Below, piece after piece: positions 1 through 8,885 of a DNA stretch of 44,368 bases (its first letter is position 1; each line of letters opens with the position of its first letter). This DNA comes from an uncultured Gemmatimonadota bacterium. GTDB taxonomy: Bacteria > Blakebacterota > Blakebacteria > Blakebacterales > Blakebacteraceae. The position numbers were made by a program, and so were the translations under genes. The stretch spans positions 1 through 44,368 of the forward strand of contig CAZNUA010000031.1 of NCBI GenBank assembly GCA_964576115.1, read 5' to 3'. The notes under the pieces were generated by a model, which saw only the letters and a list, made by a program, of their open reading frames with translations, ran no database searches and was not told where the DNA came from.

Positions 1-483
1 TCCACGTGGTACCGGCGGATCGATTGTGGACCCGGATCGAGTAAAGGGTCCGTTCAAGCAGCTCAACTCGGGGATGACTTCTCTAGCGGTACGTGCATTA
101 CTCTGATTGGGCTTCTTCACCAGGCCCGGATTCCGGTGCAAATCGATATTGGATTCGGTGACGTTGTCACGCCGAATCTGGAGTGGGTCAGTTTCCCCGT
201 GCTCCTTGACGCTCCGGCCCCCCGGTTGATGGCCTATACCCGATATTCCATGGTGGCGGAAAAGCTGGAGGCCATCATTCGTCTCGGTATGGCAAACAGC
301 CGGATGAAGGATTTCTACGATGTGTGGGTGCTGTGCGGTTTATTCGATTTCGATGGCGAGACGTTGTCCCATGCGTGTCGGGACACCCTCAATCGACGTG
401 GAAACCGCTTGCCGGCGACAACGGCAAATTCGCTCGATTCTCTCTCGAACGGTGTTCCCGCGACATCGGAATACAGACCCTGA
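1..483 (+). pseudogene. Truncated AbiEii/AbiGii-family nucleotidyltransferase toxin (fragment)
   Basis: Frame is open from base 1. ITLIGLLHQARIPVQIDIGFGDVVTP and AEKLEAIIRLGMANSRMKDFYD are typical AbiEii motifs. Similarity ends at about 405 (TLNRRG), where the frame runs into the convergent methyltransferase. Confidence 0.75.
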
Positions 484-1241
484 ATGGTGAAGCCCGCTTC
501 CACGAACTCCCTCTCGAGGTCCTCGGGACTGAAATACTGATACCAGTTGTATATCGTCCTGATGCGGTCTTTCTCGATGATTGTGAACTTGTCCAGGGTC
601 ACCCTGTCTTCCGGGTATTTCATGACCGTGAGAAAGCCATAATACCTGTCCGGTGACCAGAATCCGTTGAGCTGATTGACCTCATAGGTTGCTGTTTCCT
701 CCTTTTGCTCGAATGCAGACAGGGAGTACACATCGAGCAGGACAGAACCGCCGGGTTTGAGAATCCCGTGGAATGTCTTGAGAAGCCCTTCTCTCTGAGA
801 CGGACTGAGAGCACAGAAATCGCACATGATCATCTGCACGAGATCGAATCGATCCCCGGTTTCGAACTCCAGGTAGTTCTGGTTCACGTAGTTGATGTTC
901 AATTGTTCACGGGCTGCGACTTCCCTGGCGTATGCGATGGACCTGGCCGAGAAATCGATGCCGGTCACAGCCGCTCCGTGTTTCGCCAGAGGGGTGGTGT
1001 ACAATCCCGGGCCACAACCGAAATCGGCCAGTGAGAATCCCCGGCCGACATTGAACTCAGATACGATCCATGCCACCGATCGACTGATGAATTCCGTCTT
1101 CCGTGAGGAAACGTCGTGTGTCCCGTTCAGGTGAAAGGAGAGCATCTGCTCCGATGTATGCTCATCGGTCCAGAGTTCACCGGTGGTGCAATACTGGAAC
1201 GGTTCAGGCCGTTCGTTGATCTTCTCGAGTTCCTCGAACAT
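315..1241 (-). CDS. Class I SAM-dependent methyltransferase
   Basis: LADFGCGPG motif I, VTGIDFS, LKPGGSVLLDV. The last ~30 aa are read antisense through the AbiEii remnant. Confidence 0.9.
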   Translation of the reverse strand: MFEELEKINERPEPFQYCTTGELWTDEHTSEQMLSFHLNGTHDVSSRKTEFISRSVAWIVSEFNVGRGFSLADFGCGPGLYTTPLAKHGAAVTGIDFSARSIAYAREVAAREQLNINYVNQNYLEFETGDRFDLVQMIMCDFCALSPSQREGLLKTFHGILKPGGSVLLDVYSLSAFEQKEETATYEVNQLNGFWSPDRYYGFLTVMKYPEDRVTLDKFTIIEKDRIRTIYNWYQYFSPEDLEREFVEAGFTIQGLYSDVAGTPFERESSEFAVVAGKRFPRRLRVSRHAWDNVSPSKSNKPHSTHTS

Positions 1242-1482
1242 GTTCTCGCCTCACCAATCAGTCCGGCCTCGGGGTGGTATGCTGAAACCCGGTTCTCATA
1301 ACGTGTTCCGACAGCCGCAGCCGCTGAGTCCGGCCGAATACCGCTATCCGGCTCGGTGTCAAACCGGATCGCCTTGAACACCTGAAAATAAGGATAAACA
1401 ATTGCGGTCTCCGGTGCGTACTGTCATTATGACACTACTGTCATACAAACGGTGCACTATCGCCGGGAAGAGAGCTCTCGCC

Positions 1483-2623
1483 ATGTCAGGATACCTTTCC
1501 CGATTGTGCCTCCTGCTGGCCGCACTGGGTCTCATCATCGCGGGATGCAGCGGATCCTCACCGACCGGCACTTTGACCAACCACTGGCTGGAGCCGACTG
1601 AGGAAGTCAACGGCACCCTGACGGAGATCGAGGGTATTCCTCAACGAGTTCCTCCCCATGCTCGACCTCTTCAACGTCACATCGGACTGCGAAGAGGAAC
1701 TGCACGGACTCCTGGATGGCATGGAAGCCCGGGCGGGGGGGCAGGTGTACGTTTCGTGTTTCGGCCGCACCATCGACGATGAGGATGTGGTGGCGCTGAA
1801 TTTCGCGAACGAACTCGGCAACCGCGGCTGTTCTTCGTTTGCGGCCTGGGGCACGATGACACCCGGGGGCCGGACCATCGTGGCCCGCAACGATGACAAC
1901 CTCGCCTCGTCCAGCCTGCTCGGGATCCCGCAGTACATCCGGATCCACATACCGCCGGCCGGGAGCGGCCGGTGTGCCTTCGTCTCGGTCCAGTACCCCG
2001 GTGTCATCGGATTCTATCAGGGGATGAATACCGACGGTGTCACCATCACCCGTGACGGTGGTAATTCACAGCTCGATCCAACGATCTCGTCGGGCTTCTA
2101 CTCCAGCATGCTCACCCTGCACGAGGCACTGGGCGTGGCTCACACCGGGACGGCCTTTGATGACGTCGAGGCAATCCTGAAGGCCCGTCCGATCCCCAAC
2201 TCCTCCATTGTCATCGTCGCTGTCCCGCATGCCGGCCAGGGACCGTCTTCGGTGGCGCTGGAATGGGATGCTCATCTCGCCACTGACGGTGGTGTTACCC
2301 GCCGCGAACCATCTTCGCTTCACTCGTATCTGATTGCCACCAACCACTTCCGGGCTCGCCAGACAGAGATTGACTGCTGGCGGTATTCCCTGCTCTCGGA
2401 CCGGATGGCAGAGATCGCGCAGAGCAGCGGAATGCTGCTCTTCGATACCGACGAAGCGTGGGGGCTGCTTCGGCAGGTCGCCCTGGGACCGCCGCATTGC
2501 GCGGATCCATCGATCGTCTTCGAGCCCGATCGCGGCCTCCTGCACATCGCCTTCTCCCGGGACAGCCAGGCGGCGCCCTTCTGTTCCCCGATGACCGTCG
2601 ATGTGACAGGGATTTCACCCTGA
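1483..2623 (+). pseudogene. C45-family (Ntn hydrolase/acyltransferase) lipoprotein, frameshifted by an apparent internal deletion
   Basis: ATG 1483 gives a lipoprotein signal (LIIAGC) up to NGTLTEIEGIP. The body (GCSSFAAWG, IVARN, GMNTDGV, ATNHF) is in another frame from about 1640. The GTPYERG..HG segment seen in the paralog at 32674 is absent. Confidence 0.7.
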
Positions 2624-2855
2624 GGGAACTCGCGCTGGTACCGGGTTCACGGGAAGAAGAGAACATGGGCGGGGATCCCGGTCCGGACATCAATTCCATC
2701 TTCCCCTTCTCTCATGCACCACCCTGCGTGCCCGGACCGTCGGCACTGACGGCGAAAGGCAGTATCCGACACTGTTCTTGTAACATGTGTCATAAATTCT
2801 CGTTGTATAACGAGAGCGTTATCTGGACGGCATCAACCCGGCAACGGCCTGACTT

Positions 2856-4313
2856 ATGGTACTTTTCTCAGAGTCTCGACACATCGCGTCAATCCTGTTC
2901 GGCATCGTCTTGATCGCCGGAGGTTGCGATCTGAGCACGCAGCCAAAGAACAGGCCTCCCGAGTGCCAGATCATCTCACCCCCCGGCGGAGCCTTTCTGG
3001 CCCTGGGTGACACGGTCGAGATCCGGGCGGATGCCCATGACGCAGACGGCCGTGTTAGTCAGATCATGTTCTTCATCGACGGTCATCTCCGCCATACCGA
3101 TTCCGACAGTCCCTTCGTGTATGGCTGGGATACCTCCTGCGAGACACATGGGCAGCATACGATCGGCGTCGAAGCCGTTGATGATGACCGGACTCATGCC
3201 GCGCATTCCCAGACCGTGACACTGAGATGGGGGTACCGGCAGCCCGAGCAGGTGAGTGACGGATGGGAGACGGCCTCGCTCGAGAGTGTCGGCATGAACG
3301 AAGACCCGTTCGTGAATCTGATGAATACCTTGTACCACAACGAGAACCACCTGATACACGGGATCGTAATCGTTCGTCAGGGAAAGCTGGTTTTCGAAGA
3401 GTACTTCGCCGGACTGACTCATCCCACCTGGGGCGAGACGCCGGTCACCTTCGACCGGGAGAGACTGCATGTCCTCTCCTCGGTGACGAAGAGCTTCACC
3501 GCCACCTTGCTGGGAGTTGCGATACAGCGTGGTTTCATCTCGAGTGCCGACGACTGTGTGCTCGAATACTACCCCGAGCTGGAGTACCTGAATACAGGTC
3601 TCCGGCAGAACCTGTCGCTGCGGCATCTGGTTACGATGACCTCGGGATTGGAATGGGATGAATCTTCACTACCACTCACCGATCCCGACAACGACCTGTG
3701 CGCCTTCATACATCTGGCCCTGCACACGGATGAGAACCTGGTCGCGTCCGTACTCGGGCGGGATATGGTCGCTGAACCGGGAACGAGTTATTCTTACAGC
3801 GGCGGCAACGCGAATGTCCTCGGGAACGCCATCCAGCGGGCCAGTGGTCTGCGACTGGACGAGTTCGCCCGTGAATATCTCTTCGATCCCCTTGAAATCG
3901 AGCAGTCGTGGTGGTGGTTACTCAGACCCGATTTCGTCTATGCCTCCGGCGACCTTGCTCTGCGACATCGTGACATGGCCAGGTTCGGGCAGCTCTTCCT
4001 GCAGAACGGTTACTGGAACGGAGAGCAGATTATTTCCGAGGAATGGGTCACGAACTCGGCCACACCGCAGGTGCGCTTTGTCCAGCCGTTCATGGATGAA
4101 TTGTGCGGGTACAGTCACGGCTGGTGGCCCTGCACTCCGGCCTTCGGCCTGGGAGCCTTTGCCGCCTGGGGTTGGGGGGAGCAGCAGATCATCGTTCTGC
4201 CCGAGTACGATATGGTGGTTGTATTCACGGGCGGAGCCTACTGGGAACATCCTCTCATGACTCCGAGCCAGATCATGCTCCAGTACATCCTGCCCTCACT
4301 CCAGAGCGATTGA
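2856..4313 (+). CDS. Beta-lactamase-family serine hydrolase lipoprotein with N-terminal Ig-like domain
   Basis: Lipobox IAGGC; Ig-like DADGRVSQIMFFIDG...PFVYGWDT; SVTK (SxxK); LVTMTSG; PGTSYSYS; RDMARFG. Confidence 0.9.
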   Translation: MVLFSESRHIASILFGIVLIAGGCDLSTQPKNRPPECQIISPPGGAFLALGDTVEIRADAHDADGRVSQIMFFIDGHLRHTDSDSPFVYGWDTSCETHGQHTIGVEAVDDDRTHAAHSQTVTLRWGYRQPEQVSDGWETASLESVGMNEDPFVNLMNTLYHNENHLIHGIVIVRQGKLVFEEYFAGLTHPTWGETPVTFDRERLHVLSSVTKSFTATLLGVAIQRGFISSADDCVLEYYPELEYLNTGLRQNLSLRHLVTMTSGLEWDESSLPLTDPDNDLCAFIHLALHTDENLVASVLGRDMVAEPGTSYSYSGGNANVLGNAIQRASGLRLDEFAREYLFDPLEIEQSWWWLLRPDFVYASGDLALRHRDMARFGQLFLQNGYWNGEQIISEEWVTNSATPQVRFVQPFMDELCGYSHGWWPCTPAFGLGAFAAWGWGEQQIIVLPEYDMVVVFTGGAYWEHPLMTPSQIMLQYILPSLQSD

Positions 4314-4427
4314 CGAAACCGGACAAACCAGCAGACGAATATCCCCTGTCACCTGTATGAGGGCGGTAACCAGGATTGTGCAACGACGTTCTATCCGATC
4401 TTCGGCAGGCTGGAGCTGCCGGGCAGT

Positions 4428-5606
4428 TTACGGCGATCGTCCTTCGGGGCGAAGGGACGGCGGATAGGTTGCAGGGAGTTCGCCGAGCAGGGCGGCTGTG
4501 ACCGAGGTCATGATCTGCGCATAGCGGTCGGGATTGGCGATCTCGAACCGCATGACCTCGTGAGCGCGTGCAGAGACCTCGTATCTCACCCGGGCCTCAT
4601 CATCCACGAAGAGCGAAACCGGCGAAAAACGGAAGGCTTCGACCACGTGCTCATCGCCGATGTCGCGGTCGGCCGGTACAGCTACCCACCGCCCTTCGCG
4701 TTCGATGATCGCCCGATCGGCGGCAGCGTTAAGAACCGCGGTGCACCAGAGGTTGCGGGTCATGCCGAGGAGCGTGCGGCGGGCGTCCTCATCGACGTTC
4801 TGTGCGAGGTACGCGATCGGATCGGGAGCCTCCTGCTCGATGAGGGCGTAGATGAAGAAGTTCATGACCGGATCGGCAGCATCGTGCAGCAGGTCGGTGT
4901 GTGCGGCCCGCCAGAAGCTGGCCCGGCCCCGGTTGTGAAAGTTCCCGCCGTCGAAACAGGGCACCCACCAGATTGGAAGTCCGGAGTTCATGATGCGGAT
5001 GAAGGCGGCCGGGTCCAGACCGACGTTCCACTCCCGGGTCGGAGCGCTCGCTTCACCGATGAAGATCATCAGACGCCCGACCCGGTTGGTGAAGAGATCG
5101 GGGCGCCGGTTAAAAGCGGTGGCGACATCGCGCAGGCTACCGACCGTGATGATGGTGACCGGTGCCCGAGCCTCCTCGAGGGTGTCGATGATCAGGTTTA
5201 ACCCCGCCTGCCAGGCCGCGGGGCGATCCCGGGCGTCGTCGGCGGGACCGGAGAGCGGTCGTGCCAGGCCGACCGCATACGGCACACTTCGCCCGGTCAG
5301 GGCGTTGAGCTGGCGGACCGGGATGCTCCCGGGGCGTTCGGCCTGTCTCTCGCCCTGGTCGAGCACGATCGCCCGCAGATCGAGTTCGTCCAGGGCATAG
5401 AGAGCGGCGATATCGAAGTGATCGTCGGGATCATCGTGGGGATGGAAGAGATCGGTGCAGTAGATGACGGGGATCCCGCCACCCCGGTCGGCGGTGCGCT
5501 CATCGCTCCGATCGGAGGCACAACCGCCGCAAGAGAGCAACAGGACAGGCAGGGCAAGCCGGACGAGTCGTGAACACAGGAAACGCGCGAAGGGCTGGTC
5601 GGTCAT
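4428..5606 (-). CDS. Nucleoside hydrolase-like (IU-NH fold) exported protein
   Basis: Start moved to ATG 5606 (MTDQPF..., signal peptide LLLSCGGC). Asp-rich motif IYCTDLFHPHDDPDDHFD; EWNVGLDPAAF. Confidence 0.75.
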   Translation of the reverse strand: MTDQPFARFLCSRLVRLALPVLLLSCGGCASDRSDERTADRGGGIPVIYCTDLFHPHDDPDDHFDIAALYALDELDLRAIVLDQGERQAERPGSIPVRQLNALTGRSVPYAVGLARPLSGPADDARDRPAAWQAGLNLIIDTLEEARAPVTIITVGSLRDVATAFNRRPDLFTNRVGRLMIFIGEASAPTREWNVGLDPAAFIRIMNSGLPIWWVPCFDGGNFHNRGRASFWRAAHTDLLHDAADPVMNFFIYALIEQEAPDPIAYLAQNVDEDARRTLLGMTRNLWCTAVLNAAADRAIIEREGRWVAVPADRDIGDEHVVEAFRFSPVSLFVDDEARVRYEVSARAHEVMRFEIANPDRYAQIMTSVTAALLGELPATYPPSLRPEGRSP

Positions 5607-5638
5607 CGTCACCTGGCAGGTTGTCGGCTGCAATCGAT
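5599..5638. repeat. Direct repeat copy A1 (pairs with 8759-8798)
   Basis: tcggtcatcgtcacctggcaggttgtcggctgcaatcgat; 35/40 identical to 8759-8798. Contains the hydrolase start codon and abuts the ADOP stop codon at 5639. Confidence 0.85.
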
Positions 5639-8308
5639 TCACTCCGCTCGCAGGGCCTCGACCGGTTCGATTCCGGCCGCCCGGCGGGCTGGGATCAGGC
5701 TGGCCAGAACGACCACGCCGGCGAGCAGGCACACCGCCCCGCCGAGGGCGAGGGGATCGAGTGGACTCAGCCCGAAGAGCATCGAACGCATGCCGGACGC
5801 AAGCCCGACAGCCGCGAGGACTCCGACGATCAGGCCCGGAGCGGCCAGGCGGATCGCGTACCAGATCACCGAAGCCTGAACCTGCTTCCAACTCGCACCC
5901 ATGGCCATGCGAATCCCGATCTCGCGGGTTCGGCCAGCTACCACGAAACTCACCACGGCATAGACTCCGATAGCGGTCAGAAGCAGGGCCAGCAGGCCCA
6001 ATCCGCCGGTGATCCGGGCAGTCATGCGCTGTTCCTGTGTGGCCTGGGACACCAGTGACTCCACCGGCACGATCTCGGGCAGGGCCAATTCGGGGTCGCA
6101 CTCGGCTACTGCGGCCAGCAGGGGGCCGGCCGGGATCCCCATCCCGGGCTCGGTCCGGACGACGATCATGATCCGCCAGAGAACATTCTGATGCAGGGAC
6201 ACGAAAACATGCGGCAGATCTTGCGTGGCCCGGCTCGAGGCCACCCGGGGGACCACTCCGACAACAGTGTAGGTTTGCGTCGAGGAACGGACGAGCGGGA
6301 AGCTCACCCGGCGTCCCAGCGGTGATTCCCCGGGCCAGAGCCGCTCGGCAAGGCTCCGGGTGATTACGACCACCGGCTCAGAGACCGCATCATCGCCGTC
6401 CTCGATACCACGCCCTGCCACGACCGGAATCCCCGTGGTTGCGAAAAAGCCCGCGGTGACCTTTGTGAATTCGACCTCGACCTCACTGCCCTCTGCCGCG
6501 ATCTCTCCGGCCGGAGTGACGGTCGTGAAATTCCCGATATGGTCGAGCGGGATACCGTCCGAGACGGCTGTCGAGCGCACGCCCGGTACGGCCGCGATAG
6601 TCGTGCGCAGCCGGTCTATGAGCATCCCGGTCAGAGCCGGATCCTCATACCCTTCCGAACTGATATCGATGCTCATGAGATAGAGATCGTCCGGGTCGAA
6701 ACCCGGATCGGTCCGGTTCATGACGTCTACCGCCCGCAGGAAGAGAACACTGAGCATGAGCAGGAGCAGGGCGAGCCCCGCCTGACTCGAGGCGGTAAAA
6801 CGATGCAGGCGGCTGATCCGGCGCCCGCTGCCGCGGGCACCGTCGTGCAGCAGGGAGACGAGTTCGGGACGACTGAACCGCAGGGCGGGCAGCAGGCCGA
6901 AGAGGAGAGCCGTGAGTACGATCACGACCAGGCTGAACAGCAGGATCGTCCCGTTCGGGCTCACCCGTTCGGCGGAGATCATGGCGGCCTGGAGCAGCGG
7001 AGTGGCGCTGGCGATCCAGAACGAGAGCAGGATTCCCAGGCCTCCGCCGATCAGGCTCAGCACGAGCGCCTCGGAAAGAAGGGAGCGGATCAAATGCCCG
7101 CGCCCCGAACCGAGGGCGAGGCGGACGGCGATCTCGCGCTGACGCGCGGCATTGCGAGCCCGCATCATGCCGGCCAGGTTGCCGCAGATGATCAACAGGA
7201 TCAGCCCGGTGAAGGCGAAGAGCAAACCCATGCTCACGACTTCCCCGCTCCTGTTGGCGGCAGGCATCGGCCCGAAGGGAGCGCACCTGACACTCCGATC
7301 CGTGTTCGATTCCGGGTATTCATCGGCCAGGCGGAGGTAGAGAGCCTGCAGGGATTCTTCGGCCTTTTCGACTGTGGCGTCGGGTTTCAGCCGGCCGAGA
7401 ACCTGAACCCAGAGTGCCGCCCGGTCCTCCCGCCAGTTGTTCTCGTCCGCCATTATCCGGTGCTGACCTATCGGTACCCAGAGTACGGGCAGTTCCCCCA
7501 GAGTGCGATGGCCCTGGAACGATTCGGGAGTGATACCGATCACGGTATAGGGCGTGCGGTTCAGCGTGATCGTCCGACCGATGATATCGCTCGCTCCTCC
7601 GAAGCGGTTCTGCCAGAAGGCATGACTCATGATCGCCACCGGATGCTGACCCGGCAGGCCCTCGTCGGCGGCAGAGAAATCCCGACCCACGATCGGCGTC
7701 ACACCGAGGACCGCGAGATACCCGGGGGTGACCGCCATGACCGGCACCCGTTCACTCACTCCCTCAATCGAGAGGCTTCCTTCCATCGGTTTGAAGCCGG
7801 CCAGGGTCTCGAAAAGGGTCGCGGCGCTCCGCATGTCGAGGAAATCGGGCCAGGAGAGACACTCCATGTCGGGCTCTCCGCGCCTGGTGAGGACCATCTC
7901 CACGACCCGGTCTGCCCCGGCGATCCCGGGCACGGGGCGCAGGAAGGCGGCCTGGAAAATTGTGAAGAGAACCGCGTTGACCCCGATGCCGATCGCCAGG
8001 GAGAGAATCGCCACGGCCGAGAAACCGGGCCATTTCTTCAGGGTGCGCAGAGCGTGACGCAATTCCCACGCCAGATGCCCCAGGCCGGTGCCGGCCCGCG
8101 ATTCCCAGACCTGTTCCCTGACCCGGTCGATCCCGCCGAGTTCGAGCAGGGCCTGGTGCCGGGCGGTGTCGGAGTCTGCGCCCGCCGCGATTTTCTCATC
8201 CACGAGCAGTTCGAGAGTGCTGGCCATCTCCGCGTCCAGATCGCGGTAGACATCATCGCGTCGGAACCAGGTCTGCACGACGGTCCTCAACCAGCTGATG
8301 ATCGGCAT
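5639..8308 (-). CDS. Duplicated orphan ABC permease (ADOP; MacB_PCD/FtsX x2)
   Basis: SLAIGIGVNAVLF, RQREIAVRLALGSGR, RTREIGIRMAMGA, C-terminal EPVEALRAE. ATG 8308 follows GGGAGAGG; ATG 8329, overlapping the padR stop, is an alternative start. Confidence 0.92.
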   Translation of the reverse strand: MPIISWLRTVVQTWFRRDDVYRDLDAEMASTLELLVDEKIAAGADSDTARHQALLELGGIDRVREQVWESRAGTGLGHLAWELRHALRTLKKWPGFSAVAILSLAIGIGVNAVLFTIFQAAFLRPVPGIAGADRVVEMVLTRRGEPDMECLSWPDFLDMRSAATLFETLAGFKPMEGSLSIEGVSERVPVMAVTPGYLAVLGVTPIVGRDFSAADEGLPGQHPVAIMSHAFWQNRFGGASDIIGRTITLNRTPYTVIGITPESFQGHRTLGELPVLWVPIGQHRIMADENNWREDRAALWVQVLGRLKPDATVEKAEESLQALYLRLADEYPESNTDRSVRCAPFGPMPAANRSGEVVSMGLLFAFTGLILLIICGNLAGMMRARNAARQREIAVRLALGSGRGHLIRSLLSEALVLSLIGGGLGILLSFWIASATPLLQAAMISAERVSPNGTILLFSLVVIVLTALLFGLLPALRFSRPELVSLLHDGARGSGRRISRLHRFTASSQAGLALLLLMLSVLFLRAVDVMNRTDPGFDPDDLYLMSIDISSEGYEDPALTGMLIDRLRTTIAAVPGVRSTAVSDGIPLDHIGNFTTVTPAGEIAAEGSEVEVEFTKVTAGFFATTGIPVVAGRGIEDGDDAVSEPVVVITRSLAERLWPGESPLGRRVSFPLVRSSTQTYTVVGVVPRVASSRATQDLPHVFVSLHQNVLWRIMIVVRTEPGMGIPAGPLLAAVAECDPELALPEIVPVESLVSQATQEQRMTARITGGLGLLALLLTAIGVYAVVSFVVAGRTREIGIRMAMGASWKQVQASVIWYAIRLAAPGLIVGVLAAVGLASGMRSMLFGLSPLDPLALGGAVCLLAGVVVLASLIPARRAAGIEPVEALRAE

Positions 8309-8321
8309 CGATCCTCTCCCC

Positions 8322-8651
8322 TCAGGCATCGAGAACGTCGCGGATCGCTGATACAACGAAAACCCAGTTCTCCTTCTCGACAGAAAACTGCCGTCGCCCG
8401 GCGGCGGTGAGGTGATAGTACTTCGCCCGGCGGTTGTTCTCCGATTCCCCCCACTCGCCTCGCAGCAGGCCCTTCTGCTGTAGACGCTGCAGGGCGGGGA
8501 AGAGCGAGCCGGGCTTGGGTTCGAGGGTGCCGCCGGTGATCTGACCGATCCGGCGGGCGATCCCGATGCCGTGCATCGATTCGAGACTGAGGGTTTTGAG
8601 GATGAGCATGTCGAGCGGCCCCCGCCGCAGATCGACTTTCCTGCGTCCCAT
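8322..8651 (-). CDS. PadR-family transcriptional regulator (acidobacterial type)
   Basis: GPLDMLILKTL, MHGIGIARRI, GSLFPALQRL, WGESENNRRAKYYHLT; lies directly upstream of ADOP. Confidence 0.95.
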   Translation of the reverse strand: MGRRKVDLRRGPLDMLILKTLSLESMHGIGIARRIGQITGGTLEPKPGSLFPALQRLQQKGLLRGEWGESENNRRAKYYHLTAAGRRQFSVEKENWVFVVSAIRDVLDA

Positions 8652-8655
8652 CACA

Positions 8656-8710
8656 TTCTCCTGTCGACTTTCTGAATGAGTTCGTTCAGAAAGTTGATAC
8701 GAAGGGGAGA
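8656..8710. promoter_or_regulatory. Long imperfect inverted repeat over the padR leader and RBS (candidate PadR operator or RBS-sequestering hairpin)
   Basis: Perfect 10-bp arms actttctgaa (8667-8676) and ttcagaaagt (8685-8694), extended by imperfect pairs and an outer tctcc/ggaga pair. Confidence 0.55.
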
Positions 8711-8758
8711 CAGCCGGAGTTGCGGAAGAATATGCGCGCGGGAAAAGCGGAGAACCGA

Positions 8759-8798
8759 TCGGTCATCGTCATACGGCAGGTTGTCGGTTGCGATCGAT
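8759..8798. repeat. Direct repeat copy A2 (pairs with 5599-5638)
   Basis: tcggtcatcgtcatacggcaggttgtcggttgcgatcgat; offset 3160 bp from A1. Weaker, transition-rich similarity extends about 40 bp further left. Confidence 0.85.
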
Positions 8799-8885
8799 GA
8801 AGAGTAGCATGAGGCCGAAGAGGCATTCCACGCGCAATCCGGCCCGGAGCCCGCGGGAGGATTGTCCCAGCCGAGGAGGGGAGCC

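Noticed and set aside
1295-2825. attC-like TAAC/GTTA motifs near gene starts (about 1300, about 2810; also about 16115 and 19280)
   Set aside because: No complete R''-L''-L'-R' structures, mixed gene orientations and no integron integrase.
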